From Basidiobolus meristosporus CBS 931.73 (Eukaryota; Fungi; Basidiobolomycota), in assembly GCA_002104905.1 (NCBI GenBank), contig MCFE01000082.1, forward strand, positions 115,214 to 179,213: a DNA stretch of 64,000 bases. The letters are read 5' to 3'. This document shows positions 39,205 through 52,704 of the stretch, one piece after another (the first letter of the stretch is position 1; each line of letters starts with the position of its first letter). The notes under the pieces are model-generated. The model ran no database searches, had not been told where the DNA came from, and saw only the letters and a list, made by a program, of their open reading frames with translations. Both the position numbers and the translations under genes were made by a program.

Positions 39205-42200
39205 TCACTCCTCATCTTCATCTTGATAGTACTTCTTGAATTCGTTCGCTTTCCTTCTTGCGTTGTTCAGTTCTTTCTCCAGTTTTAGAATGGTCACTTG
39301 CTGCTCCATCTCTCGCAGCTTGTGGTCCTGTATCGACAATTTTGACAGGTCCAAGTCTTTTTCTTCTTTTCTACGGGCGGTGAATGCCTTCACCACCTTT
39401 ACAACGTCGCGGGATGCATCGGTCACAGCGCGTGATGCCAACTCCAGGTTCTCCTGCGCCTTGGAATACATGTTGGCCTTTACACGAGCTGCAGCTACCA
39501 GCTGGGCGGTGGCAGTAGCGACATCGTTCGAAGCGTCAATCAACTGCTCTAGAGTATGAGTGCCTCGGATCACCCCGTTAGCAACTTCTACAAGGGTGTT
39601 GGTTGCTGAAGAAACTCCTCTGGCAGCCGATATGAGTCCCTCAGTCCAGCGGCTATTCTTTTTGTAGTATGCATTCTTGGACAAGGAGCCGCGACCTTGG
39701 TCAACGATTTCTTGCTGGGAGGCATGGGCGCAGCGAACCAAGTTGACAATAGCCCGGGTCATAGCCTTTGCGGTGTCAAGGAGTGCATTGTGAATCTGAT
39801 GATCCTCGCTTGATACCTCGGCACGTTTGGGCTCATTCCGAAGATCTGAGAGTTTCTCGGTTGCATCATCAACGGTGCGAGCAGCATTTAACATTTCCCG
39901 CTCGACCAAGGCGGCCAAGTCTTCTTGTCCTGCCGTGTGAGAATCCTTCGGTAGAAGCGCTTCGATCAGCTGGATCAGTCTGTTTAGGGTCACCTGAATA
40001 TCATTATTGCCTTTGGCAATTTCATCTGGTCTATTGGTTTCAGGAATGGATAGGATGTTGGTGGACAACATATTTGTGAAAAATCCCTCTGCTGCTTCGG
40101 CAGAATACCGCCCAGATCGAATGATTTCTTCCACTTGATCGTCCTCATCGGCAAGACGGGTTACACCTTTAACATTGTCAAGAAGCTGCGATACCGCCTC
40201 GGTAAAGGCAGTAGCAGTGTTGATCACGGATATTTGATCCTCAAAATCCGTCAAATACTGCAGATAGCTAATAGCAAACTCACTAGATGTAATGTATGCG
40301 CGTTCCACCATTGAGAGGACATATTGTGCAGTGGCAGATTGGTTTCCTTGTGTAGCGGGTGAGGTGAGCTCAAACGCAGCGTCATTCAACTTCTTGATAC
40401 AACTACGGAACACAGAATCTTGAATAAAGCGATTAGAATCAAGCGTTAAGCCATTCATCTTGATGTGACAAACCTAAGATGGTGTGAAGTTTGCTAGTCT
40501 GTTCTCCGCGCAGTGCATCGACGCGTTTCTGAAGCTCAGACTCGGTAGCTGAGGATGTCTAAATATCATGGGGAAGAAAGTTTAATGCCGTTTTTTGAAC
40601 GGTATTTGCAGTAGTTGTCAAAACTTACGTCTTGTAACTCCGCTAGCGCCATCAGACTTTGGTCCATGCCTGCTTGTAAAATAGCGACTTCCTCCTCTTT
40701 AGCCTAACATACTAGCTCAGCCAACTAGAAACGTCAAAGTTGATCTACTTGGCTACTAACCGCCGTCGCCTTGTCTAGTTCATTTTTAACAATTTCCCAA
40801 TCTCTAGCGATCCCTTCCTCAGCTTCACGTTTGTCCTAAACAGAGATCGTACAGTGAATCGGCAATTCTCAAAGCGTTGCGTAAATCATATCACTAACAC
40901 GAAGGACATCCTCCAACTCCTTCTGCTCTTGCTCGAAATTTCGGCGCATATCAGCTAATTCCCCACCAGCAGACTTAAGAAAGGTTAATTCTCATCATTA
41001 GCTCAACAACGTAGTGGCTAACTACCTCCATCAACTTTTCGATCTTGGCCTTAGAATCCTCCAACTCGCGTTTCATTCGAGTCAACTCTCCGGAATCAGC
41101 CTAGCGTAGAATATTGAATATTGAGTTCGATAATGCAAGAGTTATTGATACACGCACCCCGCGTAGGCGCTCAAGCTCATCCTTAGCCCGATCCCGCTCC
41201 CGAATCATATCCATTAGTTCGGTATTTTTTGCCTAAGCATAGAAGTTCAGAACACTGTGCATGACCTCATGTATAAACCAATCTTACTTTCAATTCGGAT
41301 TGCATGCGGTCGAATTTATGAGCAGCTTCGGTAGCGGCATTAGCTTTAAGGTTAACCTGTTTGAGCTTTCCAAGAAGTTCAAGATGCTCTTGACGGAGTT
41401 TGGCATAGATCTTAGCAAGCGCTTCGTACTTGGCTTTCCATTCGGCAATTTCGTCTGTTTTCCACTTATATGTTAGCTAACTAGTGGTTTGATACACGAG
41501 AGCGAGTGTTACCTTGCAGCTGTTTTATCAAGGCATCCAGATCTCCATCGTTTCGTTGATTTGCGAGACCAAGTCTAGCCAGTTCATTTTCCAAGGCTTT
41601 GATTCTCTAGACACTCAAGTCAGGGATGTTTCAAAGATTCAGCTCACTAGTTTCCGTCTCCTACCTGGTCATATTGCGACATCAACATCATATCACGCTC
41701 TTGTTGGTTGCGGTAGTTCATGATTTCTTGCTCTAGCTCATTGTATCGGTTTTGGGCTTGCTCTTGCATTTGTCTTTCTCTCAATAAACGCTGCTGCTCT
41801 TCATATTCCTTTTGAAGTGCGAGCTGTTTTCTTTGTTCTTCCAAAGGATCCACTTTGGGCTCTTCGGGAGGTGGTGTAGCATGGCGGGGAGGCAAACGAG
41901 GAGCAGAGCTAGGGCTTTGAGCAAGGAAATTTGGAGGATCCTGAAAAAATAATGCTTAATTACTGAACCACTTGACTTAGTATGAAGAACTACCCACCTG
42001 ATCCAATTTAGGAATGGCGATCAGGCTTGTAAGATAACTAATATTTGAACATTCATAATAGAATTTCCTAAGAGCATAATGTTGGGCATTGAAACGTGCA
42101 CGCAAAGGCTCCAAAGGTTCATGCGATTCGACACCTAGTGCAATATTAGGCTACTTTAGTCGACAATATACATATGCCATTATTGTTAAAATGAACCAGC

Positions 42201-43092
42201 TACTTACGTCGATGCATCGCCATCAGCATTCTAGTTGCAAACTCATAAATACCATAACTTTCCTCTACTAAAGGCACTAATGCAGATATTCTACACTCAT
42301 TATCAGAAACGGGCCGGAAAGTTCGAAAGATCAACTTTTGAAATGTATCAATGCGATCTTGCAAATTCATTAAATCAGCAATAGTCTCGTAGCTATTAAA
42401 AAACATTCACCTGTGGTTAGAAAGCTTATCACGGCCAAAGATTAAGTTCTGACACCAGTACAGTCATACAAACTTACCCTTCATTAGGATCGTCTACGCC
42501 TTTAACACTCACGTAATCCTCGTAATCGAAGTTTCCACTAAATTCGGGATGCATACGGTGGTATTCGAGTTTTGCGATGATGAAATCAACATACGCTCGA
42601 ATAAGAACACCATAACCCTTGAAACTATCTTGAGAAAATGACTGACTTAAAACCTCAAGAAACCCGATCTCGTTCATCGCTTCACGTAAAGTCTAGAAAA
42701 TGGTGGATTTTAGAATTCTATGACTAATGTTGAATTTTTTTAAAGTGAGTTAGTACTTACTACTGGATGTCCACCACGAATGACTTTATGGATAGTAATT
42801 AGAGCTTTAAAGCACTGCACCTCATCGGCTAACAATGGCTGGACTTTTAAACCCATCCAAAAGGATTGGGAACTCTTGGCATCCCATGTGTACACGATGC
42901 AACCTTTACAACGACATACATAAGCATTTTTCGGTGGTAAACACAAAACTCTAAGACCAGGTCAGAATACAACCACTTACTTCTCACATGTTTTTGTTTA
43001 GGCGCAGTCTCGTCCGAATTAACAGCCTTTTTTATATTCATGGCGAGCTCCTGCTCGACCTTATCTCTATCCGAATGACGGTGGGTAGCCAT
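39205..43092 (-). CDS. SLA2: Sla2/End4 (HIP1R-like) endocytic adaptor: ANTH + coiled coil + I/LWEQ, multi-exon
   Basis: ANTH: ETAPKQKHVR, CIVYTWD, CFKALITIHKVIRGGHP, KLEYHRMHPEFSG. I/LWEQ: RWTEGLISAARGV, ATAQLVAAARVKA, EMEQQVTILKLEKEL. Confidence 0.95.
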
Positions 43093-44170
43093 CTTGTGCT
43101 TTAGCAATTAATGTACTCGGACTCGAAATATACAGTTGAATAATCACTAGCGTTGACGAAATTATCCCTCAAGATATCTCGAAAAATCCAATACTCACAG
43201 GGTTGATTTTGCGTATTAAGTATGATCACCTGATGATATCATTCGTACAGTCACAGTGATTTTGAAATATGCAAGCAACCTGAGAATGAACTACGTTGAC
43301 ATGTCTTCCAGAGTCCGCTTTAGAACTCAAAAAAGATTACAGTCAACTGGAAAGAGCACTTGAAATAATATATTTGGAAGACTTTTTTAATGGCAATATA
43401 GTGCGCGAACCGAATTGCGAAAGGATTTTCCGAGTTTATAAACTGGGTTAGTGTACGCACCATATCCCTTTGCTTGTGACCGATGTTAGGTACTCAAAAA
43501 AGCCTAGAGTGGCCATTCTCATTGAAGCGATTGCCGCCCTTAGGTTTGGGAAAAGTAAACCCGCATCTCCGCACAAAGCTCATCTGTGGGTGAAAAGAAC
43601 CTATATACAAGCACACTAACAGCAACAAACCATCGCATTTGAATGTATGCTCTATACTAGCAATCAACCACACGATTGATTCCTACTTAATAGCCACTCC
43701 ACTGATATCCCAGGCAGCTAATAAACCCATTGAAGTGAGTTCAAATATTTTTGAGGTATTTCTCCACTCGATTTGAAGTATTCTGGATATTTAAATACCA
43801 GAATATTCCCTGAAAAGTGTGGAAATCTCGGCGTTTTAAGAGTCATCAATAGGTGTTGATTGGTTTAAGGTTTTTTTTTGGATTTCTATATTCAGGCAAA
43901 TTACCATTGAGAAATTACAGATCCTGTAATCTTGATCTTTACCACATTTAATTGGTGAGATAGGGATCCATGTTGTATAGTTCATACCAAATATGGACTC
44001 ATTGAGCCAATATATAAAGCCAATCTGGGTCCCCAACACTAGTCGAGTTCTTCCCTAATTTTGTCTTTCATCATTAAACACCCGTTGTAAAGTAATCGAT
44101 TTCACACAGCGCACCCGGTTGCTAATATCCTGCACTCCAAGATATTCTTGTGTATAAGATCGTCCACATC

Positions 44171-44968
44171 ATGAGTGGTATCCCCTCCATCAACTGTTTC
44201 TCTGGTGTTCCAGAATTCACTGTGAACTATCTACCAAACCAACCACCAGTTGCCTCTCGGCCCAAGGAGGATTCCATATCTTTGGAGTTTGCTTTGGAGG
44301 AGTCCCCGAATTTTTTCAGTGACCTCAACTCCAATGGCACGCAAACATGTGAATCAGCTGGCTCGATACCAGAGGAAGGAGAGTTCTTCTTCGTACCTAA
44401 CGGATTTGTTCCGGTTTTGATGATGGACTCTATAGCCTCAGTGGTAGAGTATAACCTACCCCCCGAAGCAATCCCACTGAACCACCCAGTCTGGGTACCT
44501 CATGACTATCCACTCCCTGCAAGCCTTTCAAAGAAGATATGTCCAATTGCATCCCCTCTCTCAACTGTCCCCAAAATCCCACCCAAGGTCATAAGAAAAG
44601 AAAAGAAAACCCCTCGTCCTACCAATGCATTCATTCTCTTCCGCCGAGAGAACCATGGAAGAATCTTCCAGCAAAACCCACATCTCTCCAACAATGATGT
44701 GTCCAAAGCATTGGGCAAGGAGTGGAAAGAGCTCCCGGAGAGTGAGAAAGAGGTGTATCGCCAAAAGGCTCGCAGTTTGCAACAGGAGCACCAGGAAAAG
44801 TATCCCGACTACAAGTTTACTCCCCAGCAAAGCCGTCGTAAGCGTGTTCGACCTATCAACGGCAGTGGACTGAATGAGGAGCAGTCTGACGTTGTGTCAC
44901 CACAGTCGAATGTTAACCAGAATTCATTCCATATATTTTACATACCGAAAGTTGCGAATTTCAGTTAG
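44171..44968 (+). CDS. MATA-type HMG-box transcription factor (HMG-2, C-terminal HMG box)
   Basis: KTPRPTNAFILFRRENHGRIFQQNPHLSNNDVSKALGKEWKELPESEKEVYRQKARSLQQEHQEKYPDYKFTP; intronless; first ATG at 44171. Confidence 0.92.
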   Translation: MSGIPSINCFSGVPEFTVNYLPNQPPVASRPKEDSISLEFALEESPNFFSDLNSNGTQTCESAGSIPEEGEFFFVPNGFVPVLMMDSIASVVEYNLPPEAIPLNHPVWVPHDYPLPASLSKKICPIASPLSTVPKIPPKVIRKEKKTPRPTNAFILFRRENHGRIFQQNPHLSNNDVSKALGKEWKELPESEKEVYRQKARSLQQEHQEKYPDYKFTPQQSRRKRVRPINGSGLNEEQSDVVSPQSNVNQNSFHIFYIPKVANFS

Positions 44969-45228
44969 AATTTGTTATACATGTCTGATTGTCCATCATT
45001 TCATCGATTTCCAACTTTGGAAAGCATGTTACAAGTAATAATTAGTCAGACGCTTGATGCTTTTGTATCTATTTCATCACAAAACCTCAACTGTATAGAA
45101 ATTCATTCATACCATCCGTATATCAGTGTCTGTATATGAATATGTTGTTAGTGCTGTAAGTAAACAATCCTTAATGTTTATTCAGTATTCAATGGAGTCT
45201 AGAATGTAGCCAAATGGGGTATCATTGA

Positions 45229-46345
45229 TCAAACCATGTTACACTGCCCTGTGGGAAAATCAGGGAAATCCCATGGAAACATCGGAATCATTGACTTGGA
45301 TGCTGGCAAATGGACCCGCGTGGATGAGCTTAACGATGGCAACGAATATTCTGCTATCACCATTGAAGCCATATAGGCTCCAATTCTTTCAACGCATCTG
45401 TTTATGGTACTTGGGCTTGTTAGCCACTGTTTGGAAACATTTGGAAATTGCCTGGTCAGATGCTCTCGAGCGCATACCACATCACTTCCATTTGTACGAT
45501 CGAAGAGACTATTAAGATTTCCTCTCAACGAACCTGGCGTGATACCTTACAAATACGGCAACATTGAGTACATATCATCTGTTCCTGTCCATCGGTTCCA
45601 CATCGGATAAAATCGCTTGAACACCCTGTGCGCTTCATTGGCTCCGTAGGACACAACAGGATGGAATCAATAAAGATGCGCACAGGTGATACGGAGGAGG
45701 TCCAATCAACATCGAAGATGAATGTGGAGTTTGAACCGTCCGATAAATGCTGCCAGACAATGATTATGAGGCTGTGATGGGTTGCTATCCAGGCCCCTCA
45801 TGATGGAGATACACGCTGATGGGGCAGAAAAGCCAGAGCCCCCTGTGATGGAATACAGTTGTCAGGCACACATCGTCAGTGGCAGGTGCTGTACATCCCG
45901 ATGAATCTTTATTGGATGTGCAATATGTTTCTCCGCTCCCAAGGTAAAGTGTTTCTATGAAATAGCGCTATTAGTTCAATTTAGAAATCGATATACAGCA
46001 CCAATTTCATTACTATCATTCATAATGAGTAACACAGAATGACAGCTGATAAGCTATTAACAAGTCACTCGCTGACAATGAGTCTCGACTGACAACCACC
46101 GCCAGATCTGGATATTTGATCTTCAAAAAGAATCGAGATAAGAATTCGTCCATTTCCCCTGGTTCGAGGATATCAGGTCTATGGTGTATTGGCAAAAAAA
46201 GCATGTGTGTATGGGTTTCTTTGTATTCTAATGGAATAATTCGTCGAAGGAAATTGGCATGGAGATAGGAGGGTGAAGAGAGGCATCGAGAAGAAATGGT
46301 GAATGTTTCAATGAACGAAAACAACAGACGGTTGAGTAGTGTCAA
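45229..46345 (-). CDS. Uncharacterised spliced gene or remnant
   Basis: Protein-like frames at 46016-46345 and 45229-45666. A stop at 45547 would be removed by a phase-compatible GTAAGG...CTGACCAG intron. No recognisable family. Confidence 0.3.
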
Positions 46346-46410
46346 AGTGGATCACGTAATGCTATCAAGAATCACAACCACATAACGTTGGGGTGTTTGT
46401 GTCTAGAGAC

Positions 46411-46893
46411 TTAATGAAATAACGCTCTTTCTTCGCTGTCAATTTGTTGCCAAATACTCATGATAATACGCGATGCTTCATCTCCATAAATGTTACACTT
46501 CGCCAACTCTTCCATCTTGGCGGTGTAGAAATTGGAGTATCCACGCTGCATGCCCTCTAGCTCAGGGCCAGAGGAGGGAGTTTCCAAAGCGACATATTTG
46601 CGAGCCTTGGTGTGCATCGGGGCGCTTGCAACTTGATTCGGGCCTTCTGGAGGCAAGTATGCAGACCATGAGGTTGCAGAGTCGTTGTACCCGTTTTTCG
46701 CGAGCTCAAAAAGCTTCTCTTCGCCGATCAACAATGGGCGATAACCACGAGGGATATAGTAAAATCTACCCTCCTGGCGCTCTGAAAGGAGGGCAGCAAC
46801 GTGTGAGGGAGGGCGGGAGATGGTAAGGCTGATGTTCTTCCTGATCTGACATTGTACTCCGCTAGATCCGGCTAGTGCGGTTTGAGTGTTCAT
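46411..46893 (-). CDS. Divergent, C-terminally truncated HMG-box-like ORF (HMG-3)
   Basis: C-terminal GYSNFYTAKMEELAKCNIYGDEASRIIMSIWQQIDSEERALFH aligns by eye to HMG helices 1-3 (F-x-x-F ... S-[KR]-x-[LI] ... W-x-x-[LI]-x-x-x-E-[KR]-x-x-[YF]) and stops early in helix 3. Confidence 0.45.
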   Translation of the reverse strand: MNTQTALAGSSGVQCQIRKNISLTISRPPSHVAALLSERQEGRFYYIPRGYRPLLIGEEKLFELAKNGYNDSATSWSAYLPPEGPNQVASAPMHTKARKYVALETPSSGPELEGMQRGYSNFYTAKMEELAKCNIYGDEASRIIMSIWQQIDSEERALFH

Positions 46894-47516
46894 GACTTTA
46901 TTGGCGTAAACGTTAAAGAAAAGAATCTTTGGAAATGAATATTGAGGATTTTGTACAGTGATGGTGAATCCTGTTATAGCGCAAACGCAACCTTCAGTTA
47001 GAGGAAATTTGTTGTATGCTATTTGTTATTTATAACAAATTGTCAAAATGGCTTTCATGGATCTTTCTCTGAACCCGATTCTATATTATTGCCATAGTTG
47101 GCCGTGGAAATACTGGTTCGGATAATCATGGAATTGGATTTGATCGCTGACATGTAGGGCAGCTGTGTGTGGTGATGGCTCTTGTGATAGAGTGCAGTCA
47201 GGATAAGCACTTATTCCGCTTTTCGAGCTCTAGGGTAGCCAATGAGGGTCGATAAATGTTGCTAATTTTGGTGATGTTTGTTCGCTGCTTCATATGACCG
47301 TAGGCAGCCTGCGTCCTTGCATGTCTCGAAGTCAGTTATCAATGCTCCAAAAAGTGTTTAGTCATCATGGCAAAATAACTCATTTTATTGTTCGCTTTTA
47401 TATTCGGTGTTTAGAAACAAGGGAAAAGAAACCGTTGAACAGAAATTTACTGACCCTCAGATTAGAGTCTGTCCGTCTTACAGACATATCCGTCTGAAAT
47501 AGATTAACCTAGGTAA

Positions 47517-48978
47517 CTAAACTTCGTTGGCCTCGGGGGATCGTCTAGGCGATGCGGATTTACGATTGTTTGGGGAGATGCTGCGACGAGGAGAGTGGTC
47601 GCGCTTAGGAGAGCGGCTGCCACGGGGTGATAGGTCACGTGAATTGGGCATACGAGGTGATGCACTGCGTTCGCCAGAGTGGGATCTTCTACGAGAAGTA
47701 CTGCGAGGCTTGGGGGATCTGCTTAATGAGCGGCTATATCTAGAGCGGGAGGGAGAATTGGATCGGGAGCGTGAACGGTATCTTCTAGGCGATCTGCTGC
47801 GTCTGGGAGAGCGAGATCTAGAAGAGGGTCTTCCGCGTGCACCGGCGCCACCCCTTCAAAGTGAACTCCAGTTAGATCTCTTGTAAGGCAAAATAGTTGG
47901 TGACAATTGTTAGGCCATGAACATTAGTTCAAAATCAACCATTACAATCTCACGGTGAAAGCTAACAGAAAACGTTCAATTACCGGCAATCTCGAGCTTT
48001 GTGGCCAGTTTCACCGCAAGAGCTAATAAAAAAATGTGAATCATTGGAACACCAAAGAATAGGGCTTGACTAGTCGTACAAACAACGGTTTTCTTCATAT
48101 CTACGAAAAGACAGTTAGTTCCATGTGATTCAAAGTGTAAAAATCTCAATCCGGCTTACCTCCTGGAACGAACACCTCTACGAATAAGTTGAAATATTGG
48201 AACAGTTAGCACTCCAATCATAGATTAGTATATGAAGTTACAATCTCACCTGCCAGGTGGGTCGGGACAATCTCTGGCCCTATGATATGGCAGATTTTAG
48301 CATTACATATAGATCAGTGACGTTTAACCTGTAAACGAACTAGGAACGCATATACTAACCAATGACCTATAATGATATATGTGGTTAGTTTAATACATCA
48401 GGTCCATGAAGAAATAAGACCCGCTGAATGTGGATGAATTGCTTACCGCTATTTCCGCAATTGAAGCAGCGTTCGCCGCCTTTTTCTCTGTCCTCAGCGC
48501 GACGACCACCCTTAGCAGCTTCGACGATAATTCTTTCACCTTCTAGCTTGTAGCCATCCAAGGCTCTCACGGCATCGTCGGCATCTGAAATAGAGAGCAA
48601 ATTTAACGGACGGTTAGGAGTGAGTATTACATTTTAAGATATTACCTCTATCATCATCGAATTCGACGAAGGCAAAGGAGCTCTATAAAAAAGTTAATCT
48701 CAAAACACGAGATTGTGTAGCTGTAGGTGTATACCTTCATGTCAATGCGTCTGACTCTTCCATACTTAGAGAACATATCATCTAGATCACGCTCGCGGAC
48801 GTAACGCGAAAGGTGACCTGTAAATATAAGAAACAACATGGATCAGTAATGTTACTAGCGAGCGATGATGAATCCGGTAAGTTATAAGCCATAGAGGTGC
48901 CCGGTCACCGATCTACCCACCAACATAAACTCTAGTGTTGCCGCGACGACGATCTTCTCTCGAATCGTAATTTGACAT
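47517..48978 (-). CDS. SR splicing factor: RRM + two CCHC zinc knuckles + RS/SP domain, many short exons
   Basis: NTRVYVG|HLSRYVRERDLDDMFSKYGRV...AFVEFDD...DADDAVRALDGYKLEGERIIVE; spliced CFNCGNSGHWARDC and CFSCGETGHKARDC; RS-rich last exon, stop at 47517. Confidence 0.88.
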
Positions 48979-49689
48979 TTCCTTTTCAATTTTCTTCTCG
49001 AGTAAAAACCACAAAAAGATCAGTAGAAACAGAAAGGATGAATCTCGAAAAGGGATTAAAGGAGTGGACAAAAAGTAATAGTCCTACAGACCGATGTAGT
49101 TGAGATTGTTTTTCTTAACCTCGAAAATCCATATTGCTCAACTTTTTCTCTTATCACCTGACCCGGGATGAGGAAATTAGGGCATATATCGAATTTTTTA
49201 TTAGGAAATGATTGATTAATAGAGGCGCAACTTGCGAAGTCCAGGAATCAGCAGATGCTCTTCTTCAAACTCCTGTGTGCGTGGCTTAGAAGACCAGATT
49301 TCCTACTCTTTCCTTTCGGTAAAAATATCATGCACTGGTAGACATGCTATCGACATTTGAATCACGGACAGTTGGTATTGATCGCATATACGTCAAGTTA
49401 ATACTAGCATCACTACTTTCAACACTATACTGCTCAATAGCATATATTTTGACCCTAACCAATAAGGACGTTTCGTGGCATGGAATTTGCTTAATGGAAA
49501 TGTGGAGGGTTACTCCTGGTCCATATTTAGAAAGGCTTAACATAAAATTTACCATAATCTCCTGTTCAAAAAAAATCTCACTTTGAGAAGCGTTTAAACC
49601 CTCATTCCTGTCTACACTTCTTCGAGTGGTGGTTTTGTTAAGTTAACTTTAAAGAAACCTGACTGCGTTTGCTAGCCTGTTAGTCTTCA

Positions 49690-51353
49690 ATGGTCGATTC
49701 AAAGGCTGACACTCCGAAACATGAGACAACCGACCACAATGGGTTCACACCCAATATGGTCCCGAAATATTCGGATGACATTGATCCTACACTCTCCTTC
49801 TTTTGTAAGTAATGCTCTTTTCTCACAGCTACTCTCTCAAGACTTACAATTCTCGCTGTAGATTCCTCTAAAACTATCAGCCTCTTGATTTTCATGCTTT
49901 TCGTTTTACTGTACGTGGCTCTGGGGTCAAATTCTCAAGATACCATAGGAAACATCAAAATGTAAAGACACCTTGTTTCTGATGAGTAAATGACGAAGAC
50001 TAACCAGGTATTAAGGGGTATTTTTGCGGCTGCAATAGTCTTCTTGTTCATTGGTTTGGTGCAATTCGGAGACGGTGCTTTTATTAGGCCTCATCCTGCA
50101 CTTTGGCGAATCATTCTCGCTGCCAGCGTTTTGTATGAGATGTTCTTGGTCTTTATTTTATTCCAGGTATGTACTTTTTTGACCTGGACCAGCATCGACC
50201 AAAGAGCTATATCGTCTAAGTCAATTTATTCGCATACGTACACAGAATGCTACAGATGCACGCTCGTTATTCAAGTACATCGATCCCTCTCTTGGAACTC
50301 CGCTTCCAGATAGATCCTACGCTGAAAATTGCGAGTTTACCGTATCCAACATTTGGGTAGGAAAAGCGAGAGATATAAGTATGGAATCTTGTGTTAACCC
50401 ATTACCCAACATCTAGAATTCCATGGATGCTTTTGTTCTGGCGCACTCGATCGGCTGGTTCTTCAAGGCTATTATTTTACGCGATTACTGGTTTTGCTGG
50501 ATCCTCTCTATCATGTTCGAGTTTATGGAATACTCCCTGCAGCATCAACTTGCCAACTTTGCCGAATGTTGGTGGGATCATGTAGGAATATATAATAGCA
50601 TGGTGGTATGCGTCTCCAAGTTAATTGAGCGAATTTTTAGTGGATTTTGGATGTCCTCATCTGCAACTGGCTTGGCACCTACGCTGGAATGAAGTTCTGT
50701 GAATATTTCTCAATGAGAGTGAGTTGGTATCTATTTCTTTGGTATGCGATATATGCTAATATATCATCACCAGCATTATTCCTGGAGAGGCATCAAGCAG
50801 ATCCCTGACTATCGTGGGAAAGTCAAGAGAACTGTACAACAATTTACACCGCATAGCTGGACAACCTTCCACTGGGGCGCCACCGAAAGCTTCAAGAACT
50901 ACGCAGCAGTTATTGTGCTGATGATTCTCGCATTGATGTGTGAATTAAACGCATTTTACCTTAAAACTTTGCTGTGGCTGCCTCCGGAGCATTATCTTAA
51001 CGTCTCTCGTCTCTTACTGTTTTTCTTCATGGCCACCCCGGCGGTCAGAGAGCTGTATCAATATCTTATGGACAAGTAAGTCATTCACGAACCCAACATC
51101 TACTTGAAGCGTAACTGATTCTTATATCCCAAACAGGAGTTGCAAACGTGTTGGTGCACAGGCATGGTTAACAATCGCGTGCATTATGACCGAAGTCCTC
51201 ATCATTCTGAAGTTCGGTCGTAACGAATTCCCCAACCCTGCTCCAGTGCATATCAAGATTTTCTGGACTGTCCTACTGAGCTTGGTTGGCATATATCCAG
51301 TGTGGCAGTTTTTGATCAAACCTAGACTAGAAAAGACTGAGAAAAAAGACTAA
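49690..51353 (+). CDS. PTDSS: Phosphatidylserine synthase, base-exchange (PTDSS1/2, PSS family) type, multi-exon
   Basis: [75 protein letters not shown]. Confidence 0.9.
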
Positions 51354-51704
51354 GTATTTTTCAACTTCCTTGCTCCCTTCTCCCACCACCCATTCGATCG
51401 TTCACGATAGAGCCTCTCTTTTGCTTTGCCACAGCCCAACATACCTCAACCATTATCCCTAACCCTCCACTACATTTTCGGTAATAAATAAGATTTCAGG
51501 ACCGCAATCACTGCCGCATTCAATCTTCAGGGGATCATGGTCATCAATGTTTCGGATGATGTTTTTAGAACAAACCCCTGCTCATCAAACTCATTGTATT
51601 TGAGGAGAAAGATCAAAATTGATCGGGGGTTGATAAGAGACCACCACTTCGTGCGCTGAAAATCCCTCTTGATCCTTTAGGAATTCATTCACTGGACCTT
51701 CAAC

Positions 51705-52243
51705 ATGGTACGTTACAGCCTGTTACATCAAGCATCCATCCATTCATCCATTACAACCACCTGGACATGATACTAATGCGCCTGGATTAACCATAGGCCG
51801 ATACTGAACAAAACGTTGATCTTAAGAAGAAGAGAACTTTCCGTAAGTACTCTTACCGTGGTGTTGACCTTGACCAACTTTTGGACTTGTCCAGCGAGCA
51901 ATTCATGGAACTTGTTCACTGTCGCGCTCGCAGAAAGTTCAACCGTGGCCTTAAGCGCAAGCCAATGGGTCTTATCAAGAAGTTGAGAAAGGCTAAGAAG
52001 GAGGCTCTTCCTAATGAGAAGCCCGAGACCGTCAAGACTCACCTTCGTAACATGATCATTGTCCCTGAAATGATCGGCTCTGTCGTCGGTGTTTACAACG
52101 GAAAGACTTTCAACCAAGTCGAAATCAAGCCTGAGATGATTGGACACTACCTCGGTGAGTTCTCCATTACCTACAAGCCCGTTAAGCACGGTCGTCCCGG
52201 TATTGGTGCCACCAACTCCTCTCGTTTTGTTCCTCTCAAGTAA
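51705..52243 (+). CDS. RPS15: 40S ribosomal protein S15 (uS19)
   Basis: ATG-only first exon, then [22 protein letters not shown]...[25 protein letters not shown]...[18 protein letters not shown]. Confidence 0.97.
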
Positions 52244-52704
52244 ACAACTCAACTATAATAAATACATCACATTTCGTATTCGAATTTCATCCATTGAACT
52301 TTACGTACATGCTTTCCGTTCTGTTTTTAAATGTAAACAACGTTTGAACCAAATAAACCGTTGGTGCCAAATTATCATCAGTATTCATACTACTCGGTGT
52401 AATGAGAGTATAGATGTCTTATCACCAGCATATTTGCTGTACTAATGCACCGGTTCCATCAATCCTGACGATCTGATTGGGAAATCTGAAAAAAAATTCC
52501 CATTTTTTTTTCGATATTTGGGCCTTTCCTCATAGTCCCCGAAAGATGTGATTACAAAAGCAGACCGTGGCCAGTAGCGCATCTTCCTTCTCGAATTTTC
52601 GTGTACTCTTCCTAGGGGTAAGATATACTTGACCATTGATAGATGAATGCCAGCTTCAGGTGGATGAGCATACACTAACTAGTCCTTTGACTTTAGAATC
52701 TAAT

